A stretch of 64,000 nt of DNA from Octopus vulgaris (taxonomy: Eukaryota). Positions 44,084 to 59,392 of this stretch are shown in pieces. Where the stretch lies: the NCBI GenBank assembly GCA_951406725.2, contig OX597827.1, positions 27,094,001-27,158,000 of the forward strand. The letters are read 5' to 3'. How positions within the stretch are numbered: the first letter of the stretch is position 1; the number at the start of each line of letters is the position of its first letter. Both the position numbers and the translations under genes were made by a program. Below the pieces are notes generated by a model. That model was not told the DNA's origin and searched no databases. It saw nothing but the letters and a program-made list of their open reading frames with translations.

Positions 44084-44089
<6 letters not shown>
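43741..44089. mobile_element. foldback element with ~90-100-bp imperfect inverted arms
   Basis: The left arm 43741-43830 matches the reverse complement of 43987-44089 (e.g. GCTGGAAATAGCAGTCGA and TCGACTGTTATTTCCAGC). TA at both ends. A third arm-like copy lies at ~44135-44200. Confidence 0.8.
43900..43969 (-). ncRNA. type I hammerhead ribozyme-like motif (HD) in the foldback loop
   Basis: Minus strand CTAG-CTGACGA-GAAC(35 nt)GTTC-GAAAC-CCGA-GCA-CTAG. The cleavage triplet is GCA instead of GUH. Confidence 0.65.
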
Positions 44090-44121
<32 letters not shown>

Positions 44122-44389
44122 AAGAAGTAAATATATGGCACAACGAAGTACCGATATTTACTGGAAATAGCGAACGTAATAATACGACGCTAAAGTATAG
44201 CTTCACCGCGTATGTACTAGCAAAAATGCGTGAGTGCAATTCTTTACTGGAAAGCAATACTCTCGTATTGCATTACTAATTTATATATATATTGAAGCAT
44301 GACTGTCAACACTACTACATGAACCCGAAGATTGCAGAATTCAATGCATGAAAGTACTAGTTCAATCAGAATGCATGTATATATCTATA

Positions 44390-44454
<65 letters not shown>

Positions 44455-44550
44455 ATGCATGTATGTATTTATAGAGAGAGACAGAAACAGACAAATATAG
44501 ATAGATATATATACGTATAAAGGTACATATATGTATATATATATATATAT

Positions 44551-44598
<48 letters not shown>

Positions 44599-44986
44599 AT
44601 AAATAGATATGTGTGTGTGTATGTGTGTGTTTGCGTGTGTGTAAAAATTTGTTTCTTTATGTATATGTGTGCGTGTGTCTGTGCGTGTGTATGTATGTGT
44701 GTGTGTGTGGCGTACAATACGCATGTGTATGTGCATATATACATATATACACACACATATGTTTGTATGTTTTTAAAAGCTGAGATTAAAAGTGAGCAAT
44801 CATCACAGTATCAAAACTACTAAACATAGGAAAAGAACAAGTTTTGGTAAGGTTTCGGTAAGAGTCTATGACGTCAAGTCATGATTGTGTGTGTGACTGA
44901 CTTTGTTTCACCAGCTTCCCACAGCTAATCAGCCAAACATAGTCACGTGCGCACACACACACTTACCCTCTCTATCTCTCTCTTCC

Positions 44987-45031
<45 letters not shown>

Positions 45032-45477
45032 TACACACACGCACACACACGAACACACGAACACACACACACATGTACAAATTCCAAAGCATTGACCAAA
45101 TTTTCATTGTCTTTTCCACTAAAATGATAACAGGACGAATGGGTGTGATTTGAAGGGCACTTCGCGTGCTATGTTTAGCATTATCAACAACCACTTCGAT
45201 GGGCCATTGTTAACTCGTATCTCGTGTGTTTTTGTATATGTTACATGAAGCTTGTTTGTCATCCTGTGTTTCCCTGTTCGTTTGTTTTTTAATTTTATTT
45301 ATTTATTTATTTTTGTTTTCTTTGGTGCGTCTCCTGGCTGTTCGTCGTCCTGCTCAGGAATGTACATTTAGCTTCGTAATATCTATAATCAACGACAGTC
45401 TCTTGTTTCATTTCAACACTGTCTGATTCATCTCACACCAGCGAGAAAACACTGTGTCATACAAACGCATTGGCAAT

Positions 45478-45540
<63 letters not shown>

Positions 45541-45695
45541 GCACACATACACACACACACAAATACACACACGTTCGTGCTCTGTTACTTTCCTCTCACT
45601 TTTATTAGTTTCAGGCATTAGCTGGGGTCAGAGTAGGTGTGCGTATGTGTGCGTATGTGTGTGTATATATACCCCTCACACAGGCACATGTACAT

Positions 45696-45746
<51 letters not shown>

Positions 45747-45923
45747 CATATATATATATATTATATATATATATATATGTTATATACATGTTTATATATA
45801 TATATATACACATATATATATATATATACGTATGTGAATATATATGTGTGTGTATATACATATATATATATATATATATGTGCCTATGTATATATATATC
45901 TATATGTTTGTGTATGTTTACAT

Positions 45924-45981
<58 letters not shown>

Positions 45982-46178
45982 AGAGAAAGAGAGAGAGAGA
46001 CGGAGAGACGGAGAGACAGACAGAGGGTGCGAAGGATAGGGAGAAAGGTGCAAAGTGAGAAAGAGAGATGGAGAGCGTGTGGTGGGAGGGAACATGTATT
46101 TTCCTGTAATCACAGCCTCATGCCAACTTGAACCCATTCACATTTGTCCACTCAGACACGCTTCAGCATACACTACGC

Positions 46179-46245
<67 letters not shown>

Positions 46246-46328
46246 CGAGCGCCTAGCAACGAAAATGTATGCTGGAGTGTGTATGATACATAGAATGATA
46301 TGGAACGAATGGGAGATACAGACAAACT

Positions 46329-46366
<38 letters not shown>

Positions 46367-46395
46367 TAGACAGACAGACAGACAGATAGACAGAC

Positions 46396-46463
<68 letters not shown>

Positions 46464-46525
46464 GGATGGATGGATGGATGGATGGATGGATGGATGGATG
46501 GATGGATGGATGGATAGATAGATAT

Positions 46526-46591
<66 letters not shown>

Positions 46592-47540
46592 CGTATTGTA
46601 TCGTGTATAAGGAACCCTTTTTTGTAAAAAATTAGGTTTAAAAATATGGGAGTTTCTAAAACATGGATAGTATCATAATCCCTTACAAAACCTTTTTTTC
46701 AGATTTTAAGCCCCCAAAATTAGATTTTCCAACATGTGTCTAGCTACAGAGGATGCTACAGAAAAATGTTCCATAACTTATTCGGCCGTTAGAGTGGCGT
46801 TAGGCAGAAGATAATACGATCTTCGTGCAGCTAAAATATCACCATTTATTTGGTTACTATCTTCGCTTGGAATGGTGCACAAAGTGAGATGTGTAAGTGA
46901 TATTTTTTTGCTGCGCTATGTCATGTAAGCTGATTAAGATTCGCTTAAACTGGTCAGGTTTAATTTGCATAAAAGTACATGCGCTGACAAGGTTTATTTA
47001 TTAATTCATTCGTACATCATCTCACGGCGGCTTTTGGATAATTTAAGACGTAACGTTTGTGCCTGTGTTAATTAATGAACGTCTAATCTGAAGCGTTGGT
47101 TACGGAAAAGAAATGAATTGGTTCCAATACTTATACTTTTGGAAATTGACTTATATGCAGTGGCCCGGGAACGAAATTTGTTTAGGAGTGCAAACTCAGG
47201 CCCAAATTTTTTTACAAAAAAGGCCGATGCTTTTTTTCAATTTTAATATCAAAACAAACAAAGGTATAATAATAATTTTTATTTTTAAACATGGGAAACA
47301 TTTTACTATACTCGCTCGTTTTGGTGATGAAGTTTTCCAAACGGTTGTCCAAAGTTTTTCCATTGCACAAGTGTTTATGTCCATGCATTACAGCACAGTA
47401 TGTCAGTCAGTGTTGCATCACTGTGGTTCGGAGTCAGGTCTTCAAACACCAAAGTGTGCTGAACATTTTCTCGCTTGATGCAACATGGAGGTTTTCTTTT
47501 TATTTATTTTAGTTCTTTGTTCTCATTTTCTAATCCTGGG

Positions 47541-48392
<852 letters not shown>

Positions 48393-48525
48393 ATATATAT
48401 GTGTGTATATATATATATATATACACACATATATGCATTACTTGTATATATATCTACATCAGTGTACATTTATGCACGTATGTATTTGTATGCATGCATG
48501 TGTATACATGTATGCATATGCATGA

Positions 48526-48663
<138 letters not shown>

Positions 48664-48775
48664 CATATATATATTTATGTATATATATACATTATACATC
48701 TCATGCTTGCATGCATGTATGTATGTAAACACACACCAATATAGGTCTTGCATGCGTGAATGCTTGTAAACTCAC

Positions 48776-48955
48776 GACAACGACCATCGCCATCGCCATC
48801 CCATGAAATAACCTGAAAGCAGGACAGCATAGGAAATAGAAGTACAGCCGAACGTGGCAAATGGCATTGCTAAACTCGTTTCAAACACACAGAATTGGAA
48901 CAGACATTTGCTATTTACTGTTCCATGCGATTATCAGTTCACTCTTGGCCGCCAT
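48776..48955 (-). other. candidate pair of short exons (48919-48955 and 48776-48812)
   Basis: AAAATGGCGGC (YY1/Kozak-like) ATG, donor GTAAAT, a 106-nt intron with a polypyrimidine tract ending TTTCAG, a 37-nt exon, and donor GTGAGT. Confidence 0.35.
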
Positions 48956-49260
48956 TTTGGAGATGTCTCCCATTTCGAATGATGTTCGATTTTTTTCTTT
49001 TATTGTTTTCGTTTTCGGATTTTTTTTCTTTGGTTTTTCTGCAGAGGAGGTCGTATTTTCTAATTGTTTTTTATATTGTTTTTCATTGTTATTTATTCGG
49101 TTTTTAAAATTTTTTTAAGGTATTCTTTGATATTTTCTCCCACTGACTTATTAACTTCATTTTCTTTTAACCTATTATTCTCATTACTATCCCCTTTTTT
49201 TTATTTAACTCTTCGTCTCTCTTTCCGCCTCTCTTCTCTTCCTCCCTATCTATCTATCTT

Positions 49261-49349
<89 letters not shown>

Positions 49350-49377
49350 CTATCTCTCTCTCTATATATATATACAT

Positions 49378-49428
<51 letters not shown>

Positions 49429-49657
49429 ATATGCATATATATACATATAACATAGCTATATATAAAAGTATATATAACACAAACACACACACATATATAT
49501 GTATATATATAATTCTTCCCCCTCTCTCTCTCTCTCTCTCTTATCTTAGTTTAGTTCTTTCCGTCGTCTTTCAGGCGCATACTTCCACCTGCTCTAAATC
49601 ACTCGCACTAAATATGTCTCCAGAAGTCTCCATTCGTGTTTGCGTGTATCTATGTGC

Positions 49658-49690
<33 letters not shown>

Positions 49691-50476
49691 TAAGTAGATT
49701 GCTTTCGCCTCATTTTTGATCCCCCCTCCCTCCCTTCCGTGTTCTTTCTTTTTGGGATCTCTGATATTCATTCCCTTTCGAAAAAAATTGTTTTTTAAGC
49801 GAAACTAATCGTACTTTACCAAAAGAAGTAATTACTACTACTACAACTACTACTACTTATACACACCCTTCTTATCTCCCACGCTATTATTATTCCCTTG
49901 CTTTCCTTTTCTCTCTCTCTCTCTCTCTGTACTTTCTATTTCATTTATCCCTACTCTCTGACTCCCTTTCTTCTTCTTTCAAAATTGTGAATTTTTTTTT
50001 CTTTTAATCTTTTTTTATAAAATATTTTACCTTGTTTATTAATACATTTTTTGACCAGTCACCCATCACCCGCGCTTACAACATAACGCCACCTACACTC
50101 TCACCAGCAGCAGCAACAACAACATCAATGCAAGTCACAAGCCCTACATCTATCATCACCCACCGCAACCGCCTTCACCCACAACCCTCATCACCACCAT
50201 CATTACCAGCGACCACCACCTTCAGCGAACACAACCACCATCACAACCACCACCACCACCACCACTACCACCACTACCACCACCACCACCACCACTACCA
50301 CCACCACCACCACCACCACCAACACCACCATCACAACCACCACCACCATCACCACTGCTGTTTGTTTCGTTGAGTATCTTGACTTAATATAAAAGCCTTT
50401 CTCTGCTAAGGATTCGGATCAGAGATTTTGGGTGTTCAAGTTTCCTAGGAATTCCCAGATTCATTAAAACTAACCA

Positions 50477-50516
<40 letters not shown>

Positions 50517-50896
50517 AGAAGAAGAAGAAGAAGAAGAAGAAGAAGAAGAAGAAGAAGAAGAAGAAGAAAAGAAGAAGAAGAAGAAGAAGAAGAAGAAGAA
50601 GAAGAAGAATCACCAGCAACAACAATGGCGACCTATTTGTTTTCTTGGAACTTGCCTGTTGTATCTTGCCAAAGACAGCTTTGTACATTTACAGAACATA
50701 TTGTTGTTTTTGCTGCTGCTGCCGTTACTGTTGTTCTTGCTTTTGTTGTTGTTTCTTAGCCCAAGATCAGCTTTCGTTGAACAGTCCTACGATCAAAGAC
50801 ATTCCTGCCACAGCCTTAGACCCGTCTCTTTGTAAATTTACAATCATATTGCCCAATATGTATGCCTTTCCTTTTTTAGTTTTTGCAAGACGATAA

Positions 50897-50932
<36 letters not shown>

Positions 50933-51324
50933 CTCCCCAAAAAATTTGGCCTTTGGCTGTTATTTTCCCCACGTCCAACAACGAGATTCTCACGTCGTGT
51001 GCAATGAAGTGGGTTGTTGTCGTTTGACCTCAATATTAGCGCTGCTGCATCGCAGCTACAATCCAACACATTCCCACGTCTGTTGTGTGTGTAACTAAAA
51101 TGTCCAATGGCTGTGGATCTTTCTTAAGACGGCACAGTGTGTTAAGAGAGAGAGAGAGATTCAGTGTTTATTTGTGGTGGATCGAGAGACTACATTGAGG
51201 TCTCCCGCGTTGCTTATCGAATATTCTTCATTTTCCTACTTGCTACAGCCATTTATTTGGCTGCGGCCACGCAGGGGCACCGCTCGAAGAATTTTTAGTT
51301 GAATGTTTCGATCCCAGTACTTAC

Positions 51325-51521
51325 TCTTTTACTTGTTTCAGTCGTTTGACTGTGGCCATGCTGGAGCACCGCCTTTAGTCGAGCAGATCGACGCCAAGAC
51401 TTATTCTTTGTAAGCCTAGTACTTATTCTATCAGTCTCTTATGCCGAACAGCTACGTTACGGGGATTTAAGCACACCAGCATCGGTTGGCAAGCGATGTT
51501 GGGGAAATAAACACAGACACA

Positions 51522-51573
<52 letters not shown>

Positions 51574-51601
51574 CACACGCTCGCACGCACACACACACAC
51601 A

Positions 51602-51680
<79 letters not shown>

Positions 51681-52108
51681 CGGCTTCTTTCAGTTTCGTC
51701 TACCAACTCCACTCACACGGCTTTGGTCGGCCCGAGACTATAGTAGAAGACATTTGCCCAAGGTGCGTCGCAATGGGACTGAACCCGGAACCACGTGGTT
51801 CGTATTATTATTTTTTTTAATTTGGTATTGATTCTATCGGCTACTTTTGGCAATTCGCTAATTTACAGGGACTTAAACAAACAAACACACACACACACAC
51901 ACATACACACACACACATACACACAGCAACGCACGCACACAACTATGAGGGCTTATTTCAGTTTCCGTCGGCCAAATCCATTCACAGAGCTTTGGTCAAT
52001 CCCATGGCTATAGTAGAAGACACTTGTCCAAGATGCCACAGAGTGGAACTGAACCCGAAACATGTTGTGCAGTAACCAAACTTCTTACCACACAACCACG
52101 CCTGCGCT
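51325..52108 (-). mobile_element. two S2 SINEs (51325-51800 nearly complete; 51820-52108 partial)
   Basis: Reverse-complement match to 339-760, with internal (CA)/(TA)n. Confidence 0.8.
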
Positions 52109-52549
52109 TAATATCTGGAATTTTTTTTTTCGTAGCAGAGAACCGCCAATGGATTGATTCGAGTGCACAAGGTAGCAGATAACCAATTCAGAGCGAAACC
52201 TCATATTTTACTCTATACATTCCATAATGTTGTAACCGTGGCCAAGTCAAGACTCGTACCTCTTAAATGGTCTAATCCACCTGGGTACCTTCAACGAAGT
52301 TTATCGAATCATTCAATTTGTTACAAACATTTGGGTCCGATAATCCGCTTGCCTAGTCGCTCATTTATTGTAGCGCTTAATAACAACAGCACCAATCTCA
52401 CGACAGTCTAGCAAGGAACGCAAGGATTATGGGCATTGCTTCGTTCACTCACAAGGGTGTGGCTCTCTGTTTGTCTGTATGTGTGTGTATGTCCCATCCA
52501 TTCACAGGATTGTACGCATATGTATGTGTGTGCGCGCAGAAAACATTGA

Positions 52550-53110
52550 ATTAATAATGGTTTCAGCATTTGGCAAAAGGCCAGCAATTTCGGGGGAGGG
52601 TGAAAGGCTATTACATCGGTCCCAGTGCTCAACTGGTACTGTTTTTTATTGACCCAAAATGGACGAAAGGCAAAGTCGACCCTAGCGGAATTTGAACTCA
52701 GAACGTAAAGACGGATGAAATACCACTGAGCATTTCGCCCGGTGTGCTATTACTAATGGCTTCAAATTTTGCCACAATGGCAGCCATTTTGGGGGAGGGG
52801 ATGTGTCGATTACATCGACCCCAGTGTTCAACTGGTATATAATTTATCGAATCCAAAAGGCTGAAAGGCAAAGTCGACCTCGGTAAAATTTGAACTCAGA
52901 ATTTAGTAGCAGACAAAATACCTATTTCTTTACTATCCACAAGAGGACAAACAAGGACTGGCAAACGGATTAAGTCGATTATATCGACCTCAGTGTGTAA
53001 CTGGTGCTTATTCAATCGACCCCAAAAGGATGAAAGGCAAAGTCAACTTCGGCAGAATTTGACCTCAGAACGCAAAGGCAGACGAAATACCGCAATTCGC
53101 CCAGCGTGCT
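52550..53110 (-). mobile_element. three tandem S3 SINE units
   Basis: GAAAGGCAAAGTCGAC...GAATTTGAACTCAGAA occurs three times with minor variants. The linker at 52915-52970 matches the tail of the 5027 copy. Confidence 0.85.
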
Positions 53111-53354
53111 ATTAATAATGGAAATTGTTTTTCAGCAAATGCTTATAACTATGTTATATAAAAATGAGAAATATTTCCAATGAACCAGGGCTTCAAATGA
53201 TAGACAATGAAAACAATGGTAATGTATACACAAGATACGCCATATCGTATTGCATGCATGTATGTATTTATGTATGTATGCGTGCATCTATGTATGTATG
53301 CGTGCATCTATGTATGTATGCGTGCTTGTATGTATGTATGTATGTATGTATGTA

Positions 53355-53408
<54 letters not shown>

Positions 53409-53847
53409 CGCGACCGGTTTCTGCACAGTCTCCGGTTACCAAGTTCCAATCACAAGATATTGGATCAATATGTGGCGAGAGATCATTATCGTTGGCCAAG
53501 GTGCTGCAGGATGGGATCGAACTCAGAACGCCCAACTGGTCACAAATAGAAATTTTTAACTACACATTCACAATAGGAATCGTATATATAACCTGACACA
53601 TTTCTACACCCATCTATCTATTCATAAGCACACCGATCTACACATATATACGCGAGGGCGTTTTGTGTGTATATGCGTACGCGCGTACATTATATACTCA
53701 AACATCCATATATATTTGCATTTGCCTAAATACTCATATATATTCATATATTTATACACATATATATGCAAAAATGCATACATTCGGCGATTTTTTGTAC
53801 ATATATATATCATACACAATAGACATAATTCATGCATATATATATAC

Positions 53848-53902
<55 letters not shown>

Positions 53903-53903
53903 T

Positions 53904-53980
<77 letters not shown>

Positions 53981-54363
53981 ATATACATACATACATGCAT
54001 CCAAATAAGCACACAGAAACACACATCTATATATGTTTATTACTGAGCGAACCAAAAGCCTCTTTTCATTTTCGCTGGAAGCACACAAAAGGAGATGTGC
54101 ACATATGCACATGTCTGCTGAAATATGCGCATAACGTTCAATATATTTACATGCAGTTTCTCGACAGAGTGAACACAAATGAGATTCTTGTGCAACAAGG
54201 CATGCCTCCATAAATATCTTCCCTACCAACCACCAATGGATTTTTGTCATTGATAAATTCAACTCAAAAACTAAATGGTTCACATACGCTGCACCAATCT
54301 TGCACCTATTTCCATACGGAATATAAACCTAATATTATATATGGATGTGCTTATATCTAGTTA

Positions 54364-54427
<64 letters not shown>

Positions 54428-54449
54428 TATTATTATTATTATTATTATT

Positions 54450-54517
<68 letters not shown>

Positions 54518-54814
54518 AATTTTTTTGCAGTAGAATTTATTATTTCTTTTCGTTATTGCATTGCTTTCGTTGCACAACCGAGCACAGATCGGTTGTGCCT
54601 TGGAAACGAACAGCGGTTTATTGTCTTGTTCATTTCTTTTTTTTTTTTAAAGTAATTTAGATAATGCATATGTTTGGTGCCTACTATGGGTATTTTTATA
54701 TATTGTCATTTCCTACATTGTATATGTCTGTATCTACTGAGGTACTCCATAAAATCACGTGTGGCATGTTTGGTGGAGATATCTTTATCTAAGTTGTTTT
54801 ATACATACAACTTC

Positions 54815-54988
54815 CGAGCTGGCAGAATCGTTAGCACGCTATACGGAAGCCTGAGTGGCGCTTCTTCCGGTTTTACGTTCTCAGTTCAAATTCTCTCGTA
54901 GTCGACCTTAACTTTTCATCCTTTTGTAGTTACGGTAATCGACTTACCCGCTAATCCGAATCTGTTGGCCTAGGGCCCAAATTTGAAA

Positions 54989-54990
<2 letters not shown>
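54815..54990 (+). mobile_element. degenerate S3 SINE
   Basis: GAGCTGGCAGAATCGTTAGCAC head, with the tail running into (ATT)n. Confidence 0.7.
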
Positions 54991-55058
<68 letters not shown>

Positions 55059-55060
55059 CA

Positions 55061-55127
<67 letters not shown>

Positions 55128-55150
55128 CATCATCATCATCATTATTATTA

Positions 55151-55696
55151 TTGGGTGAAAGAGCAGTGCATGCCATCAAATTGACGCTGGGGTAAAATAT
55201 ACGAAGCCCAGTGTACCCATCATGGCTACCTGTCTCATAAGGGTACACCAGGCACATGCATCACTCTGTGCAGGACATGGTGATATCATATGAAGATAAA
55301 CAGCGCATGATCTTGCAGGTGGGGGCCCAGTTAGAATTTTCTGGCCAAGTAGCCCGTCCCGCTCAAATGTTCTTGAATAAGGATTGTTTAAGGATGTTGA
55401 ACGAAACACCCATGTTTCCACAGGTGAATTATCCAAAACTCCAAGAATTCCTTTCAACAGACGGCTATGATGCACCCCCACTACTTCTGCTCGTGATCAG
55501 AGATGCACATATCGTCAGCCACTAAGGGACATGCTCAACTGGTCAAGGTCAAACAACTGACAAGCAAGTGACATTGAGCAGAATATTTGCTGTAGCCCAT
55601 CTTTTATACCAAGACAAAACAATGAGCAGGATAAAACATTCAGTCATTTAAGATCAGCAGCCATGAGAGCCACAGCCTGGTACTGCATCAGAGCAT
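55151..55696 (-). mobile_element. non-coding ~545-bp retroposon-like element within (TAA)n
   Basis: ATT repeats on both sides. The end next to the (AAT)n tail recurs alone at 11895-11995, as expected from 5' truncation. Confidence 0.6.
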
Positions 55697-55731
55697 TATT
55701 AATATTATTATTATTATTATTATCGTCGTCG

Positions 55732-55840
<109 letters not shown>

Positions 55841-56418
55841 CGTCGTCGTATTTGTTGTCCATTGGTCTAAGACCAGATAGTTTTGAAAGTTTGGCTTTTT
55901 ACATTAGTCTTAACAGAATAAATTTCGCGAGCTATTTTAAATGCACCAACACACGCAACGCCGTAAATGAAAATGAAAGGGAATATTGAACAGACTTTAT
56001 TAGCACTGAAACAGTTGTGGGTGACAGTGTTAGAAGCAAAAACAACAACGACAGTAGCAACATTAACGACTACGAAGCATGTAGACCGTTTCGTTGTTTG
56101 CTATGAAATTGTGTTTTCTTCCTCTTTTTTTTTTCTTTTTTCGTAAGTAGACGAAGTGTATAAACAGAGGGCAAACAACCTCTTACCGTAGCCAGAAACC
56201 CATGTAACTGCGGTAGTATGCCACAACGCATGCTGCACTTCATCGGACAATGGATATTCAGTCTTTTCCAAAAAGGATGTAAGACACAAATAGATCTTGT
56301 GATTAGTGCAATGTATCCGTCACACACAGTGAAAAGACGGGTGTTTCGACCTAGTCAGCTGGAAACATATGCAAGATACGATGGTTAGGTGATAATATAT
56401 GTGAGAGACATACTGTAC

Positions 56419-56475
<57 letters not shown>

Positions 56476-56741
56476 ATACGGAGCAAATAACTCATGAGAA
56501 AAAGTAATTTACGAAATAGCTGAAGGATTACAATTAATCAAGGGACAAGAGTTTTGACTGTTATTTCCAGCAGGTAGACATATTTAGTACGTCCTTTGAT
56601 TAATCTTAATCCTTCACCTATATATATATGCACATACATACATACATACATACATACATACATAATATAAATAATATTTATATATATATATATGCATATA
56701 TACATACATATATGTACATACCTACATATATATGTATATAT

Positions 56742-56926
56742 AGGGGGAGAATTCACAAAAAGTAAGGGACGAAGACAGGGGGTGTAGACAACAAACAGAT
56801 GTATTAGTATAACGCTCAGGAAGTGAAAAAGTCTTTAACGTTTCGAGCCTACGCTCTTTCACAGAAATTAAACACAGAACGAAACAAGGAGAGAAAATAA
56901 AGAATGGGTAGTGGCTAGCGATCTAT
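56742..56926 (-). mobile_element. family HA hammerhead-bearing element, copy 3
   Basis: Minus strand CTGTGAA-A-GAGC(GTAG)GCTC-GAAAC-GTT-AAAGA at 56832-56864. Confidence 0.7.
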
Positions 56927-56935
56927 GCATATATG

Positions 56936-57120
56936 GGTACAGGACATCAAAAAACGTGAACAAAATGAGAAACTAGAACATAAAAAACAAAAACATAGAA
57001 AATGAACTATTTTTCGAACAACGAAAGAAACAAATAGAGAAACGAGACAGGCAACATAAAGAACATTCGCTTCATCAGCTGTTCCATGTTTTATCTACTC
57101 CGCGTTTCGAAAGTAGGGAG
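56936..57120 (-). mobile_element. family HB element, copy 2 (truncated)
   Basis: Starts GTACAGGACA as at ~26313. The minus strand has TTCGAAACGCGGAGTA...GGAACAG-CTGATGAAG. Confidence 0.55.
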
Positions 57121-57374
57121 CCATATATGCATGTATATATACATATATATATATGTAGGTATGTACTTACATGTTTACATGTATGTATATATGCATATAT
57201 TTATATATTATTTCGAAGTATATATATATATATATATATATATGAATAGAACATATATGAAAAGTGAGATGAGAGAATAGATGTTTATTTCATTCATTTA
57301 CAGCTGTTTCGTAATCTCATTAGCTAATTATTAGGTATTACCTCATTTGCTAATATAAAAGTATACATAAAAAA

Positions 57375-57812
57375 GCGCAGGCGTGGCTGTATGGTAAGGA
57401 GCTTGCTTCTCAACGACAGGCTTTCGGGTTCAGTCCCGCTGCGTGGCACCCAGTGCAAGTGGTCTTCTACTATAGCCCCAGGCTGACCAAACTCTTGTAA
57501 GTGGATTTGGTTGACGGAAACTGAAGGAAGACCATCGTATGTAGATATGTGTGTGTGTGTATTAATGTATATATGTATGTATACATCTATGTGCCTATGT
57601 CTTTGTGTCTGTGCTTGTCCCCCCATCACCTCCTGACAACCGATGTTGGCGTGTTTATGTCCCCGTAGCTTAGCATTTCGGTGAAAATAGACCGATCGGG
57701 CAAGTAATTGGCTTTTTAAAAAGTGGTTTCTGGGCTTGTTCGACTAAAAGCCTTCAATTTGGTGCTCCAGCATGGCCGCAATCATGACTGATACAAGTAA
57801 AAGAATAAAAGA
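57375..57812 (+). mobile_element. S2 SINE, full length
   Basis: Matches 339-760. Confidence 0.85.
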
Positions 57813-58142
57813 ATACATATATATATGAACATGTGAAGGCGCGTGGCCAAGGTGTTCCGATGGAGACCGGTGGTTGCGGTCCGCTTTTGAGCATAACATT
57901 TCGTTTCACGTTGTTTCAATCCTCTCAGTTATATATGGGAAACCCCTGCAATGGACTAGCGTTCTGTTCATCGGGATGTTGGCTTACCCGCTTCGCTAGC
58001 GGGGTGGCATGATTCGAAAACTAAAACAAAGCGAGAAAGCGCATTGTGACTAGTGATGTGGGCACTAGCGTAGCTAGGGGCGGCCACCCCGGGTGGAACT
58101 TTTAATGGGGCACCACTTTTGGGTCTGTTATAGGCAATATAC

Positions 58143-58530
58143 TCCTTTACTCTTTTACTTGTTTCAGTCATTTGACTGCGGCCATGCTGGGGCACAGCCT
58201 TTAGTCGAGCAAATTGACCCAAAGACTTATTCATTGTAAGCCTAGTACTTATTCTATCGGTCTCTTACGGGGACGTAAACACACTAGCATCGGTTGTCAA
58301 GCGATGTTGGGGGGAGGGGACAAACACAGACACACAAACATACACACACATACATATATACATATATATGACGGGCTTCTTTCAGTTTCCGTCTACCAAA
58401 TCCACTCACAAGGCTTTGGTCGACACAAGGCTATAGTAGAAGACAGTTGCCCAATGTGCCATGCAGTGGGACTGAACCCGGAACCATGTAGTTCGTAAGC
58501 AAGCTACTTACCACACAGTCACTCCTACGC
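58143..58530 (-). mobile_element. S2 SINE, nearly full length
   Basis: Reverse-complement match to 339-760. Confidence 0.85.
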
Positions 58531-59044
58531 GTATGTTTTTTTTTTTTTGAGGGGTCCAGGGACACGACACGCTCTAGTTACGCGAGTGGATATAGGGCAA
58601 TATCAGATACTCTGTGCGATAGTCGATACAGTGACAAACACACACACACACACACAAGCATACTACTGTAGTTGCTCAACGGAGCATAAGCTACTTTCAT
58701 GCTAAAAAAACAGGTTATACAGGGTGTTGTTTTACAAAAGTTTGTCACCTCTGTCCAACTCTTAGAGAAAGCTTCACATCGGCTTATTTACCTATTAGCT
58801 TCGTCCCAATTTCTATCCATCTGGGGGTCTGTCCTGTAGCCGATCCCTGACATCTTCACACGACGCCAGCTGACAGAGATTTCCCCCTTTCCCGCTCAAG
58901 TACAGAGCTCCGAGTCTTCCCTCCGTTCGTCCGTTTGTTATGCTTAACGTCTATTCTTGTTCACACTTTGTATTCCTTCAGAACGGTGCCGAACATACAA
59001 TTCAGAAGTAGTTAAATACACTAACGAAGACAAAACACTTCGGT

Positions 59045-59142
<98 letters not shown>

Positions 59143-59322
59143 AAATCAATATATTTACTGTGTGTGTAGGAATCTGTTAACAAAACATACATCAGGATGA
59201 AAAAAAATAGAAAGCTTGTCTGAATAATGAAACGAGTCTCGTCAGCTTTGGATGTGTGTTTCTGAGTGCGTGTGCAGTTGTGTGTTTATGTGCATACTTG
59301 TGTGTGTGTGTGTGTGTGTGTG

Positions 59323-59392
<70 letters not shown>

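Noticed and set aside
56330-56365. Additional hammerhead-like match CTGACTA-GGTC-GAAAC on the minus strand
   Set aside because: G8 is altered and there is no credible stem I or II. Other lone CTGANGA hits (near 17969, 55512, 59239 and 60127) lack a correctly placed GAAA.
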